DNA from: Ignavibacteriota bacterium
GTDB taxonomy: Bacteria; Bacteroidota; Ignavibacteria; UBA10030; UBA6906
NCBI GenBank assembly: GCA_963801355.1
Contig: CAWDEM010000008.1
Location: 992,001-1,056,000 of the forward strand
Direction: 5' to 3'
DNA length: 64,000 nucleotides
Part shown: one piece after another, positions 56,957-64,000 of the stretch
How the letters are laid out: every line of letters begins with the position of its first letter
How positions within the stretch are numbered: position 1 is the stretch's first letter
Notes under the pieces: generated by a model
Told to the model about the DNA's origin: nothing
The model's input: only the letters and a program-made list of their open reading frames with translations
Database searches by the model: none
Made by a program: the position numbers and the translations under genes

Positions 56957-57586
56957 ATGAAGACTCCTTCTTCTGCAGTGCTGATCCTGCTTCTTCTGTT
57001 ATCTGGATGTACAGCGTCCCATCGGGCCGTTGTCCCTGACCCCCAGAGTGAACTTATTCGCCTCACACCACTTCCCCCCTTGACCGGTTATGCGATAGCG
57101 CTCGGTGCGAAGTTGAGTGCTCTCTTTCATATCCTGCCTGATGGAAGCGTCAAGGAAGTTACGCTGGGACGATCCAGCGGGGATTCGGAGTGGGACGGCC
57201 TTGCCCTCGATTCGCTGAAACTGTGGCGCTTCGCGCCGTTGAAGGGCGGTGAACAGCCCGCGGATCGCTGGGTCCGATACGCTATTGTCGTGCAGGTCCA
57301 GGAACCGGTGGTGATGCACTTGGCGGAAATGGTTATTCCTACTCAACGCAAGGCGGACTCACTGTATGCGCTGCTGGTGGGCGGGACGGATTTTGAATCG
57401 CTCGCTCGGTCTGCGTTGTCTGGCGGAGGAGAAGGATCATGGAAGCCGGTGGAAGCAGCGAACCTCGCACAGTACCCCGATCATGTGCGAGAGCCAGTCA
57501 GCAAGTTGCGCGCCGGCAAGGTTACCGAACCGATACGTCTCGGGCTGAACTACGTGATCTTCAAACGGTATCGTTCGCCTGAGTAG
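56957..57586 (+). CDS. Lipoprotein with TonB C-terminal-like domain fused to a parvulin (PpiC)-like domain
   Basis: LLSG-C lipobox; DGSV.....RSSG...D..A......WRF.P; ADS.Y..L..G.DFESLAR...G.VTEPI....YVIFK. Confidence 0.7.
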   Translation: MKTPSSAVLILLLLLSGCTASHRAVVPDPQSELIRLTPLPPLTGYAIALGAKLSALFHILPDGSVKEVTLGRSSGDSEWDGLALDSLKLWRFAPLKGGEQPADRWVRYAIVVQVQEPVVMHLAEMVIPTQRKADSLYALLVGGTDFESLARSALSGGGEGSWKPVEAANLAQYPDHVREPVSKLRAGKVTEPIRLGLNYVIFKRYRSPE

Positions 57587-57658
57587 CCACTGCAGGCAAC
57601 CGAGCGCCCTGGCTTTCCACGAGAGGATATTTCGGGACGGCACTGAGACAAAACCACA

Positions 57659-57690
57659 AAGGCCCGGCGCACATTCCGGGCCTTGTGTTT
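57659..57690. terminator. Probable (bidirectional) intrinsic terminator
   Basis: AAGGCCCGG-loop-CCGGGCCTT flanked by A-rich and T-rich runs between convergent genes. Confidence 0.6.
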
Positions 57691-57761
57691 GCCTCCCATG
57701 ACCAGGTTGAATCTCGATTACACGGAAACGGCTGGGCGCCCCTTTATTCGTCGGATATTGG

Positions 57762-59466
57762 CTACTTCACAAGAGACACGCTGCGCGTCTGCACAAACGG
57801 TCCCGCTCCGCTCTTGGAGTCACGCCCGAGGGAGAAGTCCAGAGGGCGGACTTGTAACCTGTAGAAGTATACTCCGCTTGACAGCCCCGAAGCATCGAAT
57901 GCCACGGCATGATACCCCGCATCCATCTCGTTGCGCACGAGCGACGCCACTTGTTGGCCCAGTGTATTGAACACGGTGAGCGTCACATGTGCACGAACGG
58001 GCAGACCGTAGCGGATCGTTGTACTCGGATTGAAAGGGTTCGGGTAGTTCTGGTTGAGCACGAACGTGGGGGGAATCTCATACTGATCGCTTACCGTCGT
58101 GTACGACACGGTGAAACTGCGCCGCTCGCTGAACGGTCCCCAACCCGCAAGATTCCCTCCGCGCACACGCCAGTAGTACGGCGTGTTATTGCGAAGGTTG
58201 TGGACCACTTTCGAAGTGTCCGTTAGCGCGGAGTCGATGAACGTCGAAGCCACGAATAAGGAATCCGTTGAGATTTCAAACCAATCCCACCATGATGGGG
58301 AGATTCGCCAAACGCACTTGACGCTGTCACTTGAGACGCTTGCATTGTTCAAAGGCGCTATCAACGTGATCGCGGGGGGAACGGGCGCCATCGTCGTGAA
58401 GGACCAGGTGGGGGAGAACTCCCCGGCACCGCTGGCGTTCTTGGCCCGGACGTGCCAGTAGTATTTCGTGCTATACGCGAGGCTATTCAAGACTGCGAAA
58501 TTGTCGATAAGAGTGGAATCGGAAAAAACAACGCCGGACGCAAAGCTGCTGCTGGTACCGGCCTGGAGCCAGTAGGATGTTGCACCGGCAGTGCGAAACC
58601 AGCCCAATGTGGATGTGACTGCCAGATTTGTTGCGTTGTCCGACGGAGCTTCCAGCGTTACTGTCCCGGGACGTGTCGGAGAGACGGACGATTCGTATGC
58701 CAGCGCAGCGTTCAGCATTTGCTGAACCAATTGTGGCGCTACCAATGTTGTCGCAGCGGCATTGGGGTGGCTGTCCGTGGATCCGGCGGCAAGCGAGAGC
58801 GGCAGCATCCCGTCAGCGCCGGCGAGGTGATGGAAGAAATCGAATACGAAGATATTGCTCCGGAAATGTTCCGACGAGAGGATCCAGGCCGGCCGCAAGA
58901 GTGTCCTTGGCCCAGCGGCAGAAGGAGTTCGAGAGCGCTGCCTCAGAGGCATTTGTGTTGCCTGCCACCAGAGGAGCGTTTGTCCAGATGACGAAGAAAT
59001 TCTGAGGTCGTCGTTTCATTACGGAGACCAGAGAACGCCAATGCCACTTGTAATTCGCGGTGCTCTTTATCGTTGGACTCAGCGTGTCCGCGTTCGAACC
59101 GGGACCGGACATGTTGGACGAAGGGAAACAGGACTTGATCATGATTACGGGATAGGCGGCCAGGAACGAGTTGATGTCGTTCGAAGCGTCCTTGTTGTCG
59201 AAGATGTTGTGCCAGGTAACCCATTCGTTATCATCGGAAGGCCACCAGGTTTCGATCATCTTCATGGAATCGGATCCCACCAGACTATGCGACCTGTTGT
59301 ATTTTGCGATCTCTCCCGGCACCGAGATCTGTCCGCCATTCGGTCCCCAGATGCAGCCGCCCGTTGAATGGTGGAGGAACACGCCCGACCGGAAGCGCGT
59401 CTGACCGAATGAAGTGACTGCTATCAAAACCAGAACAACACACAGGTAACATCTCCGGAGAATCAT
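57762..59466 (-). CDS. Exported SGNH-like domain + two Fn3-like domains + T9SS CTD; one frameshift at ~58862
   Basis: FLHHSTG, IKSCFP, WTNAPL | VFDFF..LA, DSHPN; YYW.VRA.N..G; QNYPNPFNPST. Confidence 0.78.
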
Positions 59467-59507
59467 AAGTCAGTCCTTTTTCGACATTTCTATCCGCCGC
59501 ATAGAAA

Positions 59508-59523
59508 AGCAAACCTCGTGCCA
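59508..59523 (-). promoter_or_regulatory. Sigma54 (-24/-12) promoter
   Basis: Minus strand TGGCACGAGGTTTGCT matches TGGCACG-N4-TTGCW, ~40 bp upstream of ATG 59466. Confidence 0.75.
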
Positions 59524-59663
59524 CAAATCTTCGACGTTGGAACAGCTTGCGGGGGGGGGTAATGTCCAAGTGTGACTCTGGCGGAAGCACCTGGAGGCAG
59601 AAGAGCCGGCCAGATCTATAGGGTTTTCAATCCGAACGATTGCATTGTAATGAACTGATCTCG

Positions 59664-60008
59664 TTAAAGACTGAGGATACTCCTCAGTCCTCTGTCGATC
59701 TTCTGCATGGTCTCCGATCTCATGTTACCACGCTTCTCAATTAGCCTGGCCTGGTCTACAGCTTTTACCTGATCGCACAACACGATGCAGTCTTTGCTCG
59801 TGCCTCCCTCACCCCTCTTTACTGCAATGTGGATAATGTCTGCGGGGAGATTCACGCCTTCCGTGATTGGGCAAACAATCACAAGAGAAGAATATTGGTT
59901 GAAGGTGTTTGACGAGACGATCACACATGGCCTGGTTTTTCGGATTTCCACTCCGACAGATGGATCGGGCTTCACCTCATAGGTTTCACCGCGTTGGGCA
60001 TAGTTCAT
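59664..60008 (-). CDS. mazF: PemK/MazF family toxin
   Basis: RGE.Y....DP..G.E..KTRPC.IVS...N, V.PIT, CDQVKAVD..RL. Confidence 0.95.
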   Translation of the reverse strand: MNYAQRGETYEVKPDPSVGVEIRKTRPCVIVSSNTFNQYSSLVIVCPITEGVNLPADIIHIAVKRGEGGTSKDCIVLCDQVKAVDQARLIEKRGNMRSETMQKIDRGLRSILSL

Positions 60009-60265
60009 TCGGTCCTCGTTTCAAACCCTGCCCATTCAGGAGAAAACTTCTTGTTGAATTCACGGTAATTCACACACGCTTCTGCGAGTTCCTTTTCCAG
60101 CAATTCCCTCTCTTTGTTCTCGACGAATTGCCGAATGGCCTCGCGCATGAGTTGACTTAGATCGACTCCCAGATCCTTGGCAACGATTTCTGCCCGTCCG
60201 GCAAGATCGGCAGGCAAAAGAAAATTCTTACGCAACTTATGTTCACTAGCGGCAAGGGTTCGCAA
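60005..60265 (-). CDS. Ribbon-helix-helix antitoxin (MazE/CopG-like)
   Basis: N..LP..L.......A...G...SQL.REAI; ATGA overlap with toxin; GGAGG RBS before TTG 60265. Confidence 0.85.
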   Translation of the reverse strand: MRTLAASEHKLRKNFLLPADLAGRAEIVAKDLGVDLSQLMREAIRQFVENKERELLEKELAEACVNYREFNKKFSPEWAGFETRTE

Positions 60266-60323
60266 AGCATCCTCCATCCACATGAAATACACACATCAAA
60301 TATACATATATAATTGTGCACTA

Positions 60324-60352
60324 AATATACGCCGAACAAGGTGTATTGTCAA
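60324..60352 (-). promoter_or_regulatory. Sigma70-type promoter of the TA operon
   Basis: TTGACA-N17-TATATT in AT-rich region. Confidence 0.75.
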
Positions 60353-60422
60353 CTGTTATATCCTACACCCTTTATTGTTCCTTTAAGATATTATATGTCA
60401 ATTAGTTATGCACACAGTAGCC

Positions 60423-60487
60423 GGGGTAAGACCCGGACCAATTGTCAGTAGTCTATCGACAATCGTCAATCGGTGCGGTCGCACCTC
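60423..60487. repeat. Palindromic element, copy 5 (degenerate right end)
   Basis: GGGGTAAGACCCGGACCAATTGTCAGTAGTCTATCGACAATCGTCAATCGGTGCGGTCGCACCTC. Confidence 0.82.
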
Positions 60488-60514
60488 TATTTCAGGAATA
60501 GTGAATCGTGGCGC

Positions 60515-63478
60515 TCATTTCAAAACCAGGAGCCTCCGGGTCTGCACAAAACTCTGCCCCGACTCCGCTGAAAGCCCATGTCCGTCGCTCTGTGACGGCC
60601 CGCCTGCGTTCATACGGTAGAAATACACCCCGCTGGAGAGTCCGGTAGCGTCAAACTTCACCTCGTAGATACCCGGCGATTTGTTCTCGTCCACAAGCAA
60701 GGCCACCTCGCGACCCAGTAGATCATATACAGCGAGCCGTACCCAGCTACTGCCTGTTGCCTCGTGCCTATTGCCTGTTCCCGCTACTGTGTAGCCTATC
60801 GTCGTGCTCGGGTTGAACGGGTTCGGATAGTTCTGTTCAAGTGCGTAGGTGAGCGGCACCTGGTCATCTTGATCCACTCCCGATGCCGGGGAGATCGTGA
60901 ACACACCGCTCACTGAAAACAGCGTAGTGTCATTCAACAGCCGCACGCGGACCGTGTACGTGGAGTCGGTGGCGAGACTCGCCCCCAACTTCCACTGGTA
61001 CCGTCCGGTATTCGCCGTGCTGTCATTGATTTTGGACGCGAAGACACTGTTCCTGTATAAACGGATGGAAACGATGGTGCCTACGTCCTTGAGGTTCGAA
61101 TCCCATCGTATAGATGCCGTGGCACCGGGTGCAAATTTGTCCCCCGGTTGAGGATTCGTTAAGGTGATGTATGGAGCGGCAGTGCTGAACCTGCCGACTG
61201 ACGACCAACCGCTTGTCCCCTGCTCGTTTCTCACACTCGCGCGCCAGAAGTACGATCCCCCCAGAACCGAGCCACCCCACAGGATAGCCGATGAACGCAT
61301 AGTCGAATCATCGATAAGAGGCGCACCGAACAGCGAATCGGTTGCGAGCTGAAGATGCGACCCGGTGAGGTGACCCGCCGGCAGCCAGCGGAGCAGTATC
61401 GGGAGTGACTGATTGACCTTCGTATCCTGCGCCGGCAGCGAGAGCACGGGGATGGGGGGAGCACTCACGCTCTCAGGCACGCCGATAATGTACTCCCCGA
61501 ACTTGCTCACCGTCACCGTGAGAGTCTGTTGCAGCGAATCATAAGTTGACGCAAGGGGCGCGAACGTGCCGGTTCCCTCGGCATCACGGGCATAGACCAC
61601 AGCATTCTTCCTGTTCGCGTAGGACGCCAGGGCAGTACTGTCAAAGGTCACATCGACCACAAACCCCGTGAACTGGATGTCGCTGATCACCCATTTGCGC
61701 GGCTCAACAAACGGCGGCAAACCGGCAAATGCAGGGCGCACGGGAGCCGAACCGTAGCGTTTGACCGACACCCTGTTGTACCCAGAACTCCCCTGCAGCA
61801 CGTACATCGACACTCCTGTCACGACCGAATCGCCGCGGTTGAAGGCATAAGTGTTTCCGGGTTGAACATCAAATGCATTCACCGAAGCGAGAGCTGTCGC
61901 GGGGGCAGCGGGCACGTATTTCGGGGTACGGTAACTTATCGTGCCGTCGAGAAATCTCATTTCAAACGCTATAGATTTGTCGGGCCTGACTTCAGTGAAG
62001 GCTTGTGCGCCGACACCCAAACCCGCTGCATTCCCCCATCCTATGACCGTATTCCCGTTGGGAAGCCGCTGCGCCGAACCCATCTGCGGCCCGAAGATAT
62101 CCGGTGTGTGCCTGTACTCCCAGACCAGAGTCGCAGTCTTGTTCACCTGATCGACGGCATATTCCACGGCGCGGGAGACCGGCGTCGGGTGGAGATTGCC
62201 GTTGTCGAAGAGAAGGAAGTTTCCGTTGGCCAGTCTCCGCAGATAGTGTGGGAACGTGAAGTAGTTCCCCGCATTGGCTGGATTCTCTCCGATGAACGTA
62301 AACTGGTTTCGCCTTCCTCCCATCCGCCACATCACCTCGCCGGTCATCCGGTTGATCTTGAGGATCTGGCAGGTGACTCTGAAGCATGCCAGGATGTTCC
62401 CATCGCTGTCAAGGTCGTACGCATTCACATGGATATAGTCAAACCCGGCGGAGGCAACATTGTTGTAGGTGTCCGATATCGGCACATAATCCCAGCTGCG
62501 CCACTGGAACACGACGTTCTTGGTGAGATCGAGCTCCTGGAGTATCGAGCCCACGACAATCGCGTTGGGATTTCCTCCCGTCACCACGCCGCTCAGATCC
62601 AGATACTGGATGTCGTATGCGTGGAGAAGTACATGGCCGTTGGGGAGCATCAGGAATTCATGCCCGTCGGCTTCATAGCCGTTGCCGCACCTGAAACTAT
62701 CCACCGGCACCAGTGTCGTATCCACAACATGGTGCACTACCCTCTCCCCACCCGCGTACACCCAGGGACTGTAGCCCTCAGCGTAGGAAAAGTATCCGTT
62801 TGATTGCTGTTTGAAATCCGTCGCGACATCCGGTGTCCGTTTGTACCTCACGACCTTCCCGTTGTTGTCCAGCAGGAATATGAAGTTCCCCTTCCCCGCA
62901 GCGGCAGTTTGTGTCGCCAGGAAGTAGTACCCGGGTGCCGGGTTGTTCGTCGTATCGACCTTGAACGTGGGGAAATCAGCAGGCAACGAATCAAGGACTG
63001 AGGATGTCTCGACCGGTAGCGGGACGCGGGGGATTGCCTGCCTGTTGATGTACTGCAGTTCGCCCTGCTCGTCCACATAGTAGGTCTCTGTAAGCGGCAC
63101 CCGAAGCTTCGTTGTTGTGAATGAGAATTCGCCCGGTTCCACCGGAGTGCCATCTGTAGTGATAACTCCTTCATGAAGAGCGACGCGCACTTCTTCACCC
63201 GGTTCCAGCGGCCGATCGGGAGTGAACAGCATTGTCTGTTCATCATCGGAGAGGGTGAACACCCCTTGGTGACGGCCGCTGGATGTTCCATTGACTTCCA
63301 GGAGCGAAGTCCGGACCGTGCCGCGATCGATGTCCGCATTGCACCGGAGGATGATGTTGGTGTGGAGGGAGACCATCGTTGATTGCGGCGCAGGCGACCT
63401 GTAGACGATGTGCTGCCCGTAGGACGGGAGTACGATGCCTACGGCAGCGAGACACAACAGCAAAGATGTACGAGTCAT
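60515..63478 (-). CDS. Aryl-sulfate sulfotransferase (ASST) family protein with Ig-like domains and T9SS CTD
   Basis: Big_5-like N-terminus; D.HEF, DYIHVNA, LLFDNG, SRAVEY, MGSAQRLPNGN..IGWG; QNYPNPFNPST. Confidence 0.85.
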   Translation of the reverse strand: MTRTSLLLCLAAVGIVLPSYGQHIVYRSPAPQSTMVSLHTNIILRCNADIDRGTVRTSLLEVNGTSSGRHQGVFTLSDDEQTMLFTPDRPLEPGEEVRVALHEGVITTDGTPVEPGEFSFTTTKLRVPLTETYYVDEQGELQYINRQAIPRVPLPVETSSVLDSLPADFPTFKVDTTNNPAPGYYFLATQTAAAGKGNFIFLLDNNGKVVRYKRTPDVATDFKQQSNGYFSYAEGYSPWVYAGGERVVHHVVDTTLVPVDSFRCGNGYEADGHEFLMLPNGHVLLHAYDIQYLDLSGVVTGGNPNAIVVGSILQELDLTKNVVFQWRSWDYVPISDTYNNVASAGFDYIHVNAYDLDSDGNILACFRVTCQILKINRMTGEVMWRMGGRRNQFTFIGENPANAGNYFTFPHYLRRLANGNFLLFDNGNLHPTPVSRAVEYAVDQVNKTATLVWEYRHTPDIFGPQMGSAQRLPNGNTVIGWGNAAGLGVGAQAFTEVRPDKSIAFEMRFLDGTISYRTPKYVPAAPATALASVNAFDVQPGNTYAFNRGDSVVTGVSMYVLQGSSGYNRVSVKRYGSAPVRPAFAGLPPFVEPRKWVISDIQFTGFVVDVTFDSTALASYANRKNAVVYARDAEGTGTFAPLASTYDSLQQTLTVTVSKFGEYIIGVPESVSAPPIPVLSLPAQDTKVNQSLPILLRWLPAGHLTGSHLQLATDSLFGAPLIDDSTMRSSAILWGGSVLGGSYFWRASVRNEQGTSGWSSVGRFSTAAPYITLTNPQPGDKFAPGATASIRWDSNLKDVGTIVSIRLYRNSVFASKINDSTANTGRYQWKLGASLATDSTYTVRVRLLNDTTLFSVSGVFTISPASGVDQDDQVPLTYALEQNYPNPFNPSTTIGYTVAGTGNRHEATGSSWVRLAVYDLLGREVALLVDENKSPGIYEVKFDATGLSSGVYFYRMNAGGPSQSDGHGLSAESGQSFVQTRRLLVLK

Positions 63479-63501
63479 ATGTTCCCCTTTCGCAGGCCGG
63501 C

Positions 63502-64000
63502 TCAACGAACCAGCACGATTTTCCGCACTTGAACAAACTGAGGCTTCCGACCGTCGCCGAGCGGACGGGCAATCATACGGCAGAAATAGAGGCCGCTGGC
63601 AAGATTCTCCGGATTCCATCTTAATGAATGCGTTCCCGCATCTCTGTTCTCATCCACGAGCAGCGCAATTTCTCGCCCCAGCTGATCGTACACGGCAATG
63701 CGCACATCACTCGCCTCCGGAAGCTGGTACTGCACGACTGTCGTTGGATTGAACGGATTGGGATAGTTCTGTTTCAGTGCAAAGTGTGTCGGAAGAGCAG
63801 CGACGTCATCATTCACAGAGTTGGCAGGATCCGGACAGGTACCGCGGAGGGCGATCTCCGCGGTGACGCCGACATAGGCCAGCCTTAGCGTGTCAACAGA
63901 GAGGCCGAAGGCGGTCGGCTTGAACCACACCGGAAGGCTTACGCTGTCGTTTGCGCCAAGAACTTTCGGCGTGATCGTCTGGACGCTGAACGGCGATCGC
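63502..64000 (-). CDS. T9SS cargo protein, C-terminal part (5' end outside window)
   Basis: Ig-like V.F.P...G...DTL segment followed by QNYPNPFNPTT CTD. Confidence 0.85.
   Translation of the reverse strand, partial: RSPFSVQTITPKVLGANDSVSLPVWFKPTAFGLSVDTLRLAYVGVTAEIALRGTCPDPANSVNDDVAALPTHFALKQNYPNPFNPTTVVQYQLPEASDVRIAVYDQLGREIALLVDENRDAGTHSLRWNPENLASGLYFCRMIARPLGDGRKPQFVQVRKIVLVR

Noticed and set aside
59551-59559. G9 tract as a phase-variation switch
   Set aside because: Lies outside the promoter core and coding sequence; no evidence of length variation from one sequence

Overview
GC-rich bacterial chromosomal segment, most likely from an Ignavibacteria-like member of the Bacteroidota-Chlorobi group. 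This is inferred from many C-terminal 'QNYPNPFNPxT' type IX secretion (T9SS) sorting domains together with classical TTGACA/TAtaaT promoters and Shine-Dalgarno sites. (1) 1-7.9 kb: housekeeping genes (glyA, tatC, polyprenyl synthase, USP, ilvE) and a probable ceramide/sphingolipid cluster (Spt, bCerS-like GNAT, CerR-like SDR). (2) 8-31.4 kb: a co-oriented minus-strand pectin/arabinose utilisation locus (GH43, CE8, esterase, GH28, PL1, Na+/sugar symporter, araB, araD, FucI-family isomerase). It has no SusD; the TonB-dependent receptor is instead followed by an ~800 aa CTD-bearing protein, a dedicated PorV-like barrel and a second barrel. (3) 31.4-64 kb: an accessory region of T9SS cargo genes, a CadC-like wHTH-TolB-TPR regulator with a small Cys-rich partner, GH127, an aldo/keto reductase, an M3 peptidase and toxin/defence-like modules. 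These modules are MazEF, an overlapping nucleotidyltransferase pair, and a NYN nuclease behind a promoter, short RNA and terminator, which resembles a type III toxin-antitoxin layout. Five co-oriented ~65-73 bp palindromic elements (GGGGTCWGACCCC ends, CAATTGW heptamer core) sit just 3' of genes, and related repeats lie in frame inside T9SS CTD loops. Several single-base frameshifts look like long-read errors. No rRNA, tRNA, CRISPR array, integrase or transposase was seen. All family assignments come from motif recognition, not database searches.
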